Of a DNA stretch of 64,000 bases, positions 7,811 through 18,078 are shown one piece after another. The number at the start of each line of letters is the position of its first letter. Positions within the stretch are counted from its first letter, which is position 1. The notes beneath the pieces are model-generated. The model ran no database searches, was not told where the DNA came from, and saw nothing but the letters and a program-made list of their open reading frames with translations. Origin of the DNA: Patescibacteria group bacterium. Lineage in GTDB: Bacteria > Patescibacteriota > Minisyncoccia > Phycocordibacterales > UBA9973. The translations under genes and the position numbers were made by a program. The stretch is from contig JBBTUS010000006.1 in assembly GCA_038063635.1 (NCBI GenBank), forward strand, positions 13,500-77,499, read 5' to 3'.

Positions 7811-8647
7811 GTGACGAAAAAATATATCGGAATTATTTTATTTTTAATACTCTTTTTGACCCCTTTTTACTTGACTTTTGCGCAAACTTCAAATGCCGGC
7901 TTTATACCCGGAAATATTTGGTATTCTAAGGATCCTTTTGAAGAAGGAGATAAAATAAAGATATATACCTTAATCTACAATCCTGATTCAAGGCAACTGT
8001 CAGGCACAGTATTTTTTTTTGATAAAACTATATTTTTAGGAAGCAAAAGTTTTACTGTTGCAGGAAAGGGAATTCAAGATGTTTCCATAGATTGGACAGC
8101 GACAATTGGCGACCATACAATCTTTGGACAAATTCAAGACGCAAAATTTTTAACGGCAAATAATATTTATCAAAACGCATCCTTATCTGAAACAAAAACA
8201 TCGGAAAGCAAGCGCAGTGTTTCAAAAAAAATAACTTTAAACACAATTGGAGAAAATATAAGTGATTCAAATACCGTTTCAAATATTCAAAATTTTGTAA
8301 AAGAAAATACTCCAGAAGTTGTTTCCAAAACAATAGACACAACTGTAAGCTCGGTTGAAGAATTTCGAGAAAAAATAGGAACTTTTTCAGAAAATAAAAA
8401 AGAAGAAGTGAAAAAAGAGATAAAAATCATAGAAGATAGTAAAATTACGCAAAATTCTGATGCAACAAAAAAAGATACTGAAATTAATCCAATAAATCAA
8501 AATACATTTTTAAAACCATTTAAATATGCAGAACTTTTCGCTTTGACTGTATTTTCAGCTGTTTTCAACAATAAATACATATTTTATGGCCTAATAGTTC
8601 TAATCATTTTCTTTGTTATACGCTATATTATACGCAAGATTTTTTAA
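7811..8647 (+). CDS. Hypothetical exported/membrane protein (Ig/CARDB-like N-terminal domain, C-terminal TM)
   Basis: Signal peptide, 'IWYSKDPFEEGDKIKIY...IDWTATIGDHTI', C-terminal hydrophobic helix; GTG start inferred. Confidence 0.65.
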   Translation: MTKKYIGIILFLILFLTPFYLTFAQTSNAGFIPGNIWYSKDPFEEGDKIKIYTLIYNPDSRQLSGTVFFFDKTIFLGSKSFTVAGKGIQDVSIDWTATIGDHTIFGQIQDAKFLTANNIYQNASLSETKTSESKRSVSKKITLNTIGENISDSNTVSNIQNFVKENTPEVVSKTIDTTVSSVEEFREKIGTFSENKKEEVKKEIKIIEDSKITQNSDATKKDTEINPINQNTFLKPFKYAELFALTVFSAVFNNKYIFYGLIVLIIFFVIRYIIRKIF

Positions 8648-8682
8648 TTTGTAATTTTGCTTAAAATGTGTAATATAAAGCT

Positions 8683-8973
8683 ATGATGCTTCGAATTTTC
8701 GCTTCTATTTTACTTTTATTTTCAATCTTATTTTTGCCTTTTTGGGTTTCAGTTATCCTAGCTCTTTTAGGAATGCTGTATTTTTCTTTATTTTATGAAG
8801 CTGTGGTTTTATTTTTATTATCAGACTTGCTTTATGGCGCGCCAGAAGCAAGATTATTTAATATATTTTTCTTTTCATTTATTTTATCTATAATATTTTT
8901 ATTAGTTATAGAATTTTTAAAAAAGAAATTAAAATTTTATAAGAAAAATCAGCATGTCTTTAAAGATTTTTAA
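8683..8973 (+). CDS. Small polytopic membrane protein (possibly MreD-like)
   Basis: Highly hydrophobic 96 aa with 'LLSDLLYG'; overlaps the PBP2 start. Confidence 0.55.
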   Translation: MMLRIFASILLLFSILFLPFWVSVILALLGMLYFSLFYEAVVLFLLSDLLYGAPEARLFNIFFFSFILSIIFLLVIEFLKKKLKFYKKNQHVFKDF

Positions 8974-10690
8974 AAAACATAAAATAAAAAATGTAAACTC
9001 CTTTGTGGAACCGGATGAGATATTTTTGGATTCGGAAAATTTGGAAAATTTTGACAGCCAGCAGTTTGAAGGACGAATAGAAAAACAAATACATAAAAAA
9101 ACCGTTATTTTTCTTGGTATTTTCTGTGTTTTTTTTATAGGATTATTTTTAATCCAGCTAGGACGCTTGCAAATACAAAAAGGCGAAGCCTATTTAAAAA
9201 GAAGCGAAAATAATACTTTAACAAAACAAGTTATTTTTGCCGATAGAGGAGTAATTTATGATAGAAATAATGTAAAATTAGTTTGGAATGAAAAAGGAAA
9301 AGATATTACTGCTCAAGCTACAACAACAGAAATAGCGAAAGATTTTAAAATGCCGACAAGAGAATACTTATCGCCCGGATTTTCACATATTTTGGGCTAT
9401 GTAAGCTATCCAACGCAAGATAAATCCGGAAAATTTTGGCAAACTGAATTTATTGGAATAAATGGCCTTGAAAAACAATATAATGACAAAATAAAAGGGG
9501 AGAATGGTTCAAAAACAGTGGAAATAGATGCGACGGGAAAAGTTCAATCAGAAAATGTGGTTAATTCTCCAAAACTCGGCGCGGATTTGGTAACTACACT
9601 TGATTCACGCATTCAAAAACAATTATTTTTATTTATAAAAGGATTGGCAGAAAGCCGTTCTTTCGTTGGCGGAGCCGGAGTAATAATGAATGCGCAAAAT
9701 GGAGAAATTTTAACTTCAGTCAGTTTCCCGGAATATAATTCTAAAATTTTATCTTTAGGTAAAGACACGAAAACAATAAAAAATTATTTTTCGGATAAGA
9801 GAAAAGTTTTTATGAATAGGACAATTTCCGGCTTATATACTCCCGGTTCCGTAGTAAAGCCGTTTTTTGCATTAAGCGCTTTAACTGAGGGAATAATAGA
9901 CCCTTCAAAGCAAATTCTTTCAACAGGCTCTATTTCTATTCAAAATCCGTATTTTCCAGACCAAACAACGGTTTTTAAAGACTGGAGAGTAAATGGATGG
10001 ACAGATATGAGAGAAGCTATCGCCGTATCTTCTGACGTGTATTTTTACACTATTGGCGGAGGATATCAGGGACAAAAAGGACTTGGTATCGTAAATCTTG
10101 GAAAATACGCAAGAATGTTTGGCATAGGCGCAGGGTTAACTGGCATTGATTTGTTGGGAGAAAAAGAAGGAACTATTCCAAGTATTGAATGGAAAGAGGA
10201 AAATTTTCCCGGTGACCCTTGGCGTATTGGAAACACTTATCACACATCTATCGGACAATATGGATTTCAAGTTACCTTAATGCAAATGGTTCGCGCTGTT
10301 TCTGCTTTGGCCAATAATGGCAAACTAGTCACTCCGCATTATATACTGGGAGATACTGAAAAAGAAAAACAATTTTCAATAATAGATATTAAAAAAGAAA
10401 ATTTTGATGTGGTGCACGAAGGCATGAGACAAGCTGTCACTTATGGCACAGCTATAGCGCTTGATGTGCCTTATGTAAGTGTCGCCGCTAAAACCGGTAC
10501 GGCACAATTGGGAGTTTTAAAAAATAAAGTTAACTCTTGGGTTATGGGATTTTTCCCGTATGAAAATCCTAAATACACATTTGTCATAATGATGGAATCC
10601 GGGTCTTCTACAAACAGTACGGGAGCATCAAGTGTTATGAGGCAACTATTGGATTGGATGTCTGTAAATACTCCAGAATATTTTAAATAA
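8954..10690 (+). CDS. mrdA: Class B penicillin-binding protein (PBP2-like)
   Basis: TM anchor, RGVIYDRN, GLEKQY, PGSVVK (SxxK), SSD, KTGTAQ. Confidence 0.88.
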   Translation: MSLKIFKKHKIKNVNSFVEPDEIFLDSENLENFDSQQFEGRIEKQIHKKTVIFLGIFCVFFIGLFLIQLGRLQIQKGEAYLKRSENNTLTKQVIFADRGVIYDRNNVKLVWNEKGKDITAQATTTEIAKDFKMPTREYLSPGFSHILGYVSYPTQDKSGKFWQTEFIGINGLEKQYNDKIKGENGSKTVEIDATGKVQSENVVNSPKLGADLVTTLDSRIQKQLFLFIKGLAESRSFVGGAGVIMNAQNGEILTSVSFPEYNSKILSLGKDTKTIKNYFSDKRKVFMNRTISGLYTPGSVVKPFFALSALTEGIIDPSKQILSTGSISIQNPYFPDQTTVFKDWRVNGWTDMREAIAVSSDVYFYTIGGGYQGQKGLGIVNLGKYARMFGIGAGLTGIDLLGEKEGTIPSIEWKEENFPGDPWRIGNTYHTSIGQYGFQVTLMQMVRAVSALANNGKLVTPHYILGDTEKEKQFSIIDIKKENFDVVHEGMRQAVTYGTAIALDVPYVSVAAKTGTAQLGVLKNKVNSWVMGFFPYENPKYTFVIMMESGSSTNSTGASSVMRQLLDWMSVNTPEYFK

Positions 10691-10737
10691 AAATTTATTT
10701 GCATTTTAGACCAATCGTGAAGTATAATAATATAGTT

Positions 10738-10992
10738 ATGAAAACAGCAAGAATACTTTTAATGTTGGCGGTTTGGGTGGCAATATTGCCATACTTAGGT
10801 TTTCCATCTTCATGGAAAAATATTTTATTCACAATTACCGGCTTAGCGCTTGCCTATTTAGCTTATAGTCTATATAAAGAATATAAAATAAATACAAAAG
10901 ATATAATAAAAGAAGAAATTTTTGATAATTTTTTGGAAAATAAAGATTTTAATGAAGATAAAACAAATACAGATGAAAATAATTTCAATTAA
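10738..10992 (+). CDS. Small hypothetical membrane protein
   Basis: 'WVAILPYLGFPSSWK' two-TM ORF; TATAAT just upstream of ATG 10738. Confidence 0.7.
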   Translation: MKTARILLMLAVWVAILPYLGFPSSWKNILFTITGLALAYLAYSLYKEYKINTKDIIKEEIFDNFLENKDFNEDKTNTDENNFN

Positions 10993-12235
10993 AAATGTAT
11001 TCAACAAAAAATTCATATATGAATTCGTAAAAAATAGAAAAAATATTTTTCTAGTTTTGCTTCTTATTCTATTCTTTGGTTTCGGTGTTTATATTGGATT
11101 TAACAATAGACCGGAAACAACTAAAATTTTAGATTTATTTAACAAAGATGGGGAAATTATAAGTCAGACGGATTTTTCGCCATTTTGGAAAGCATGGAAT
11201 GCCATCAATGAAAAATATCCCGATGCTGGCAAAACAAGCAATCAAGAAAGAATTTATGGGGCTATTTCGGGTCTGGTAAATTCATTAAATGACCCGTATA
11301 GCGTATTTTTTAATCCGGAAGATACAAAAAATTTTGAAGATGATATGTCCGGCAGTTTTAGCGGGGTAGGCATGGAAGTTGGAATTAAAGATAAAGTATT
11401 GACAGTTATTTCTCCGCTTAAAGACACTCCAGCTTATAAAGCTGGCTTAAAGGCCGGTGATAAAATTTTGAAAATAGACCAAGTCCCGACTTTTGATTTA
11501 ACAATAGAAAAAGCTATTAGATTAATTCGCGGTGAAAGGGGAACTGTCGTTGTGTTAACAATATTCAATGAAAATAATAAAAATTCAAAAGATATAAGCG
11601 TAACTAGAGATATTATAAATCTGCCTACTCTTGATACTGAATTACGGCCTGACGGCATTTTTGTCATAAAACTTTACACCTTTTCCGCCAATTCAATGGA
11701 TCTCTTTCGTAATGCAATAAAAAAATTCTATGAATCTAAATCAGATAAACTACTGCTTGATTTAAGAGGGAACCCTGGCGGATATTTAGATGCGGCTGTA
11801 AATATGGCAAGCTGGTTCTTGCCCGGAGGCAAGCCAGTTGTAATTGAAGATTTTGGCAAAAACGCCAAGAAAAAAATTCATAGGAGCGAAGGATATGATG
11901 TTTTTTCTGATAAATTAAAATTTGTAATTTTAATAAATAGCGGTTCTGCTTCAGCTTCTGAAATACTGACCGGAGCAATGCAAGATTATGGCATTGCCAA
12001 AATCGTAGGAGAACAAAGTTATGGCAAGGGTTCAGTGCAAGAAGTTGTAAATGTAACTTCTAATACCATTTTAAAAATAACGATAGCCAAATGGCTGACA
12101 CCCAAAGGTACGTCAATTGGAGATAAGGGAATTACCCCAGATTATAAAGTTGAATTTACTAAAAAAGATGAAAATAATAAAATAGATCCTCAATTAGATA
12201 AAGCGGTAGAATTGTTAAATAATTGGAAAAAATAA
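10973..12235 (+). CDS. ctpA: C-terminal processing peptidase S41 (CtpA/Prc) with PDZ domain
   Basis: LNDPYS, GVGMEV, DLRGNPGG, SASASEI, GKGSVQ, DPQL; start approximate. Confidence 0.93.
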   Translation: MKIISIKNVFNKKFIYEFVKNRKNIFLVLLLILFFGFGVYIGFNNRPETTKILDLFNKDGEIISQTDFSPFWKAWNAINEKYPDAGKTSNQERIYGAISGLVNSLNDPYSVFFNPEDTKNFEDDMSGSFSGVGMEVGIKDKVLTVISPLKDTPAYKAGLKAGDKILKIDQVPTFDLTIEKAIRLIRGERGTVVVLTIFNENNKNSKDISVTRDIINLPTLDTELRPDGIFVIKLYTFSANSMDLFRNAIKKFYESKSDKLLLDLRGNPGGYLDAAVNMASWFLPGGKPVVIEDFGKNAKKKIHRSEGYDVFSDKLKFVILINSGSASASEILTGAMQDYGIAKIVGEQSYGKGSVQEVVNVTSNTILKITIAKWLTPKGTSIGDKGITPDYKVEFTKKDENNKIDPQLDKAVELLNNWKK

Positions 12236-12237
12236 AT

Positions 12238-12681
12238 ATGAAAGTAATTTTTTCAAAAGATGTGCCGAGAGTTGGGAAAAAAAATGATGTAAAGGAAGTT
12301 AATGATGGATATGCTATAAATTTTTTATTTCCTAACAAGCTTGCTGAGAGAGCTTCTTCAAGTTCATTAAGAGAATTGGAAAAGAGACAAAAAGAAATTT
12401 TAATTGAAAGGGAACTGGAAGAAAGTCTTTTAATAAAAAATTTAGGGGAAATAGAAGGCAAAAAGATAACCTTAAAAGGCAAGGCAAATGATAAAGGCCA
12501 CTTATTTTCGGCAATTCATAAAAAAGAAATTTTAGAAGCGATGAAAAATGAACACAAGATTGAAATTGATGAAGATTTTCTTGTTCTTGAAAAACCGATA
12601 AAAGAGATAGGGGAGTTTAATATTTCAATTAAAGTAAAGAATAAAAAATCGTTTTTAAAATTAAGAGTTGAAGAATTATAA
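12238..12681 (+). CDS. rplI: 50S ribosomal protein L9
   Basis: MKVIF.KDV...G....VKEV.DGYA.NFLFP; GHLFSAI; KPIKEIG. Confidence 0.95.
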   Translation: MKVIFSKDVPRVGKKNDVKEVNDGYAINFLFPNKLAERASSSSLRELEKRQKEILIERELEESLLIKNLGEIEGKKITLKGKANDKGHLFSAIHKKEILEAMKNEHKIEIDEDFLVLEKPIKEIGEFNISIKVKNKKSFLKLRVEEL

Positions 12682-12682
12682 T

Positions 12683-12712
12683 AAAAAATCCCCAAGCTAG
12701 TGGGGATTTTTT
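12683..12712. terminator. Bidirectional intrinsic terminator between rplI and rpmA
   Basis: AAAAAATCCCCA-AGCTAG-TGGGGATTTTTT. Confidence 0.82.
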
Positions 12713-12716
12713 ATTA

Positions 12717-12989
12717 TTATATTACATTAATTATTTTTTTTACTATTGTCTTGCCATTAAAAGAAGTTTTACGTCTAGCGCCAAATTTTACTATGCCATC
12801 CTTTAAAGCGAATAGGGTATGGTCTTTCCCGACATCCACATTTTTTCCCGCCATAATAACCGTTCCGCGCTGGCGAACGATAATAGACCCAGCTTGAGCC
12901 TTTTGACCATCTGTCAGCTTAATACCTAGGTACTTTGGGTTTGAATCTCTTAAATTTTTGGCGGTACCGCCAGCTTTCCTGTGTGCCAT
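12717..12989 (-). CDS. rpmA: 50S ribosomal protein L27
   Basis: MAHRKAGG...RDSNPKYLG...IIVRQRGT...GKDHTLFAL. Confidence 0.97.
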   Translation of the reverse strand: MAHRKAGGTAKNLRDSNPKYLGIKLTDGQKAQAGSIIVRQRGTVIMAGKNVDVGKDHTLFALKDGIVKFGARRKTSFNGKTIVKKIINVI

Positions 12990-13076
12990 CGAATTAGTTA
13001 TCAGGTTCTAGGTTTTAGTTTCTAGTTAAAATAAAGAAAATAAAAACCATAGACTAAATATTTAATATTATTTATA

Positions 13077-13499
13077 ATGAAAACAATTATGAGTATAAAC
13101 AATTTCATGGAAAAAATCAAGCTTTTTTTAGAAAGTGAAAAGGGGAAAGATATTTTAGTTATAATGATAGTTGTATTGGTAGGCCTAGCATCATTTGAAT
13201 TAGGTAGATTATCTAAACAAGACTCAAGTAATGGCCTTAAAATTGAATATCAGGGCCAAGAGGCCAATGCAATGGGCTCTATTAGCTCAAATATGCCTAA
13301 ATTAGCCCAAAATACGGCTTTTCAGGGTAATACAGACAACTCAAATAAAGGAAGTTATTTTGCTTCTAAATTGGGTAAAAAATTTTATTCAATAACTTGT
13401 TCGGCAGGAAAAACCATTAAACAAGAAAATAGAATTTATTTTTCTTCCACGATTGAAGCAACTAATGCAGGATACGAACTTTCCAGCGCGTGCAGATAA
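13077..13499 (+). CDS. Membrane-anchored hypothetical protein with Ada-like metal-binding C-terminal domain
   Basis: TM 'LVGLASFELGRLS' then ASKLGKKFY...C...I...NRIYF...A...GY...C. Confidence 0.6.
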   Translation: MKTIMSINNFMEKIKLFLESEKGKDILVIMIVVLVGLASFELGRLSKQDSSNGLKIEYQGQEANAMGSISSNMPKLAQNTAFQGNTDNSNKGSYFASKLGKKFYSITCSAGKTIKQENRIYFSSTIEATNAGYELSSACR

Positions 13500-13594
13500 A
13501 TTGGTATAGGGAAGTGCTGTATTTAAAAGAAATACCGTGTCGCACAATATATCTTTTCCGACGCAGTATTTCTAATAACCCAATAAAATGAGCT

Positions 13595-13936
13595 TTAGGG
13601 CTTTGTACCTGTTAATGGCATTGTCGGCGCAGCTTCTTCAAAATTTGTGGGTTTTCCATCGCGAATTCTTTCCATATTTAAAATAAAAGATTTCCAAAAA
13701 ATTTCTATAAAAATATCATTCCAAAGATAAGCTACAGGTTTCTTTAAATAAGCTTGCCAAATAGTCATGCTAGTTTCTTTAACATAACTTATATTACCCT
13801 GCCCTTCCGGACTTTCTACAACAGACTTAATATCTACTTTAAAATAACTAAGAACTAAAATCAGAATGAATCCTAAAATTAAAATTCTTATTAAGCTCAT
13901 ACCGCGATTTTTTTCTTTTTTTGCGATATTTGTCAT
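13595..13936 (-). CDS. Hypothetical protein with prepilin-like N-terminus
   Basis: Basic leader KKEKNRG followed by a long hydrophobic helix. Confidence 0.6.
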   Translation of the reverse strand: MTNIAKKEKNRGMSLIRILILGFILILVLSYFKVDIKSVVESPEGQGNISYVKETSMTIWQAYLKKPVAYLWNDIFIEIFWKSFILNMERIRDGKPTNFEEAAPTMPLTGTKP

Positions 13937-13950
13937 AGTCTTTCAATTAA

Positions 13951-14091
13951 TTAAAAAATATTTCTTATCGCAGATATAAACCAATCAATGAATCCTCTTA
14001 CAGTTATATGAAAATAGCTCATTAAAAAAACTGCGATTATAATAAAAATAATAAATGTTAGAAATCCACCTGTTTTATTTTTTTTAACCAT
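13951..14091 (-). CDS. Unannotated 46-aa small protein with prepilin-like N-terminus
   Basis: MVKKNKTGGFLTFIIFIIIAVFLMSYFHITVRGFIDWFISAIRNIF*, ending 14 nt before the next start; resembles the N-terminus of 13595..13936. Confidence 0.6.
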   Translation of the reverse strand: MVKKNKTGGFLTFIIFIIIAVFLMSYFHITVRGFIDWFISAIRNIF

Positions 14092-14166
14092 ATTTATATA
14101 ATACTACAATATATAACTATAAGACAACAGGTACTTAGAGGCGAGGCAGGCCCGCCTTGACTTGCA

Positions 14167-15450
14167 TTAGAGGCGAGGCAGGTAATACATCGGGTCTAAA
14201 TATGCATTTACCGGGGCTATAGGCATCGTATAAATACGTCCTCCACATGTCCTAGAAGGCCTAGATTCCATTTTTACGGCCCCTGATGCGTATAAAGACA
14301 CGTGTAAATGAGGGCCGGTTGAATATCCAGTATTCCCAGTATAACCAACAATTTCTCCTCTTGTCACTCTTTGTCCTTCATAAACTTTAATTAAAGATAA
14401 ATGCCCATAGGTGCTGGAAAGACCATTGTCATACTGTATAAATATAAATTTTCCAAAAGACGCGCCGAGACAAGTCAAATCCGTATTCCCTGTTCCTAAA
14501 ACTTTTCCATCAGCCATAGCTTTAAGCGGAGTACCAACTGAAGCTCTGAAATCAACGCCATTATGCGTACCGTTTGCATACAAGCGCTTGCCAGCTTCTG
14601 TTTTGCCAAAAAATTGGGTTATATAAATATAATCAAGCGGCCAACTTAGAACTCCAGCCCCCGGAAGCTTGGTTGGGTCAAGAATAAAACTTATTTTAGA
14701 TTCATAATCGCGAACTTCTTTTTCAAACGCTTCTTTCTTTGCCAGTCTATTCTTTAAAAGTTTTTGATAATTTATCTCGCTATTTTTAGTTTCCGCTAAT
14801 AATTTTTTCTTTTCGGTTGTATTTTGTTCTATAATTTTTTTCTGGTCGGCTAAATTTGTTTTCAATAATATTAATTCCTTTTTAGCATCAATAGTTTCTT
14901 TTCTGGTATCTTCCAATTCACTCTTTATTTCTTTTAATTCTATTATTTTATCCCGAATCTTTTCGCGAATAGTCGCCATATTGTCTATATCATTCCACGC
15001 AGTTGTAAAATCATTGTTAGATAATAGTATTTCCACTATGCTTTCATTTTCAAATTCATCGGTTTTTCTGATATAAAGTCCTAAGGAATTTATATTATTT
15101 GAAATAGAATTCTGTTCAGTGATTATTTGAGAATTTAATCCTTGAATTTTTAAATTTGTTTTATCTATTTTTTTTTGAGTTAATGCAATATCTACAGTCA
15201 ATTTTTTCTTATTTAAATCAAGTTCTTTAATAGAATTACTCAAGGATTTTTTTTGCTTTCCAACTAAATTTAACTCTGTTTGATATTGTTCAATTTCTTG
15301 TTCTAATGCGGTTATATCAATATTTTTTTGATTTATTTTACTATTTAATTCTTCTATCGTTTCGGCAAAAGAAAAAACAATGGGCATCAAAAGAGATAAT
15401 CCTATGATTATAAAACTAAATAGCCTTTTGTATTCGAGATAAGGTTTCAT
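14167..15450 (-). CDS. M23 peptidoglycan DD-metalloendopeptidase with long coiled coil
   Basis: Signal peptide, coiled coil, HNGVD, YGHL, GNTGYSTGPHLH. Confidence 0.92.
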   Translation of the reverse strand: MKPYLEYKRLFSFIIIGLSLLMPIVFSFAETIEELNSKINQKNIDITALEQEIEQYQTELNLVGKQKKSLSNSIKELDLNKKKLTVDIALTQKKIDKTNLKIQGLNSQIITEQNSISNNINSLGLYIRKTDEFENESIVEILLSNNDFTTAWNDIDNMATIREKIRDKIIELKEIKSELEDTRKETIDAKKELILLKTNLADQKKIIEQNTTEKKKLLAETKNSEINYQKLLKNRLAKKEAFEKEVRDYESKISFILDPTKLPGAGVLSWPLDYIYITQFFGKTEAGKRLYANGTHNGVDFRASVGTPLKAMADGKVLGTGNTDLTCLGASFGKFIFIQYDNGLSSTYGHLSLIKVYEGQRVTRGEIVGYTGNTGYSTGPHLHVSLYASGAVKMESRPSRTCGGRIYTMPIAPVNAYLDPMYYLPRL

Positions 15451-16879
15451 TTTTTCCTAAAATTTCAGCAATAACAAAGGGGTCTGGAGATTTATCAAGG
15501 CCAGATAAAGCAAAACGCACCGGATGCAGTAACTCTCCCCTGCTCCCCTTCTTTTCCGCAATTTTCATTAAAATATTTTTTATATTTTCTACTGTAAAAT
15601 CATTTTCATTTATTTTTTCAAGCGCCGATAAAATTTCTTTCAAATTTGATGAAATTTTATCGGCTGAAATGTTTTTGAAAATTAATTTATCTTTTGAATA
15701 TTCCGGCTGTTTATAAAAAAAATCAAGTTCTCCGTTATTTATCATTTCTTTTATATCTCCGAATTTTGAAATTCTTTCAGCAATAATAGGAATAAGTTTT
15801 TCAATTTTTAAGTTTTCCGGCAAATACTCAAAAATTTTATTTTTTAATTCTTCTTTTGGAAGTTTTTTAATATGTTCCTTGTTTATCCAATCTAATTTTT
15901 CCATATTTATTTGCGCGCCGGAATGCCCTATGCGAGAAATATCAAAAGCTTTTATCAGTTCATCTTCGGTAAAAATTTCCCTATCGTCTCCGGGATTCCA
16001 ACCTAAAAGAGCCAAAAAATTTACAAGAGCTGATGGCAAATATCCTTCATTTTTATATTCTAAAATATCTTTTGCTCCATCTCTTTTGCTTAATTTTTTC
16101 TTTCCATCTGTGGCCATAATCGGCGGCAAAGTTGCAAATAGCGGCGGTTTAATATTAAGCGCTTCATAGACAGATAAAAATTTCGGAGTTGAAGAAATAA
16201 ATTCTTGTCCGCGCATAACATGAGTCACACCCATTTCTATATCATCAATAATATGGGCAAAATTATAAGTAGGATAGCCATCGCTCTTTATTAAAATAAA
16301 GTCATCTAAGGCCTCAGGCCCTGCTGATAAACCGCCATAGACCAAATCATTCCATTTATAGCTTTTTATTTCTGGAACTTTAAAGCGAAGAGGTTTTGTG
16401 ACCCCGCCAGAGGACGGGCAGGCATCCCAGACATTAAATTTTTCTGACCCGCCCAGACTCGAGTTAGTTGAGGCTGGCCTATTTTCTCTGTATAAAAATG
16501 GTTTTCTTGCAAGTTCCGCTTTATCGCGAAAAATTCCGACTTCTTCTTCAGTATATGGGTCTGGATATGCAAAACCTTTTTCAATTAAAATTTCGGCATA
16601 TTTTTTATATAAATTTAATCTCTTTGATTGAATATATGGGGCATGTGAACCGCCTATATCAGGACCTTCATCCCAATTTATACCTAACCATTTTAAAGAT
16701 TTTATTATATGTTCTATTGAACCTTCTATTTCTCTTTCTTTGTCTGTGTCTTCAATTCTCAAAATAAAAGAACCTTTATTTTTCTTAGCCCACAGATACG
16801 CATATAATGCAGTACGAATACCCCCGACATGCATAAAACCGGTTGGTGATGGTGCAAATCGTGTTACAACTTTATTCAT
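15416..16879 (-). CDS. gltX: Glutamate--tRNA ligase
   Basis: TRFAPSPTGFMHVGG, LRIEDTD, KKLSKR; two short insertions (see findings). Confidence 0.97.
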   Translation of the reverse strand: MNKVVTRFAPSPTGFMHVGGIRTALYAYLWAKKNKGSFILRIEDTDKEREIEGSIEHIIKSLKWLGINWDEGPDIGGSHAPYIQSKRLNLYKKYAEILIEKGFAYPDPYTEEEVGIFRDKAELARKPFLYRENRPASTNSSLGGSEKFNVWDACPSSGGVTKPLRFKVPEIKSYKWNDLVYGGLSAGPEALDDFILIKSDGYPTYNFAHIIDDIEMGVTHVMRGQEFISSTPKFLSVYEALNIKPPLFATLPPIMATDGKKKLSKRDGAKDILEYKNEGYLPSALVNFLALLGWNPGDDREIFTEDELIKAFDISRIGHSGAQINMEKLDWINKEHIKKLPKEELKNKIFEYLPENLKIEKLIPIIAERISKFGDIKEMINNGELDFFYKQPEYSKDKLIFKNISADKISSNLKEILSALEKINENDFTVENIKNILMKIAEKKGSRGELLHPVRFALSGLDKSPDPFVIAEILGKNETLSRIQKAI

Positions 16880-16895
16880 TCTTCTATTTTAACAT

Positions 16896-18026
16896 TTAAA
16901 TTTCGTGAGATAAAGCCATATGCAAAAGCTCTTTGGCTATTTTTTCAGCCGCATCTTTTTTATGAAAAGCCAAAGCATTGTTTGCCATTCTGCTATAAGT
17001 GTCTTTGTCTTCCATTATTCTTTCAATTTCTGAACTTAAAATATTTGCTGTCATATTTTTTTCTTCAATCACATTGCAAGCTCCCGCGCGCGCATAACAA
17101 AAAGCATTTTTCTTTGCATGGTCGGCATTTGATTCAGTAAATGGAACTAATATTGATGGCACCCCCCAAGACGCTATTTCAAAAATTGTTGAACCTGCCC
17201 GTGAAATAATAATCGTCGCAACTCCGGAAGCCATTTTCATTTGCAGCGGATTAAGAAAAGAAAATGCAAGATATCTTGATTTATTTTCATTGTTAATAAG
17301 CACAACATCGGCTTGACTCATAACTTCTTTATAATTTCTGACTCCTGTTTGATGAATGACTCTGAAATTTTTTAAAAACCTCGGCAAGGCATCTAATACC
17401 GTATTATTTATAAGTTCTGCCCCTTGAGAACCGCCTAATACCAAAATAATCGGTAAATCTGACTCTAGTTTGAAAAAATCAAGAGCTTTATTACGATCCG
17501 CTTTTTGTTCTATTTCTACACGAATCGGCTGACCTGTCCAGGCCACACGCTCTTTAGGAAAAAATTCTGCCGCTTCTTTAAAAGAAACAGCAATTCTTTT
17601 TGCAAAACGTCCCGCCCAACTATTCACTCTTCCGGGAGCGGAATCCGACTCATGGATAAATACAGGAATATTTAAAATTTTTGCCGCTAGAATCGTTGGA
17701 AAACTGGCATATCCGCCTTTGCCAAAAACAACATCCGGATAAATAGAAAAAATTTTATAAATTGCATTTAAAACGCCAAAAAATGTTTTTATAACATCGG
17801 AAAAATTTTTAAAAGAAAAATAAGTTCTTAATTTACCGGTACTTACATTTTCATAAATAAGTCCGTTTTTAAAAAGCATTTCTTTGTCATAAGGACTATT
17901 AGAAAAATAATATAGTTTTGCTCCTATTATTTTTTCTTCATCTATTAATTTATTTATTTTTTGGGTGACGGCAATAATTGGATAAAAATGCCCCCCTGTT
18001 CCCCCTCCTGTAAAAACTATTTTCAT
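16896..18026 (-). CDS. murG: Lipid II GlcNAc transferase
   Basis: TGGGTGGHFYP, GGYAS, HES, GGSQGA, ISRAG. Confidence 0.95.
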   Translation of the reverse strand: MKIVFTGGGTGGHFYPIIAVTQKINKLIDEEKIIGAKLYYFSNSPYDKEMLFKNGLIYENVSTGKLRTYFSFKNFSDVIKTFFGVLNAIYKIFSIYPDVVFGKGGYASFPTILAAKILNIPVFIHESDSAPGRVNSWAGRFAKRIAVSFKEAAEFFPKERVAWTGQPIRVEIEQKADRNKALDFFKLESDLPIILVLGGSQGAELINNTVLDALPRFLKNFRVIHQTGVRNYKEVMSQADVVLINNENKSRYLAFSFLNPLQMKMASGVATIIISRAGSTIFEIASWGVPSILVPFTESNADHAKKNAFCYARAGACNVIEEKNMTANILSSEIERIMEDKDTYSRMANNALAFHKKDAAEKIAKELLHMALSHEI

Positions 18027-18078
18027 GATTGATTTTAAACAAGCGAAGCGATTATTAAAATTATATTCGTTTCACTCG

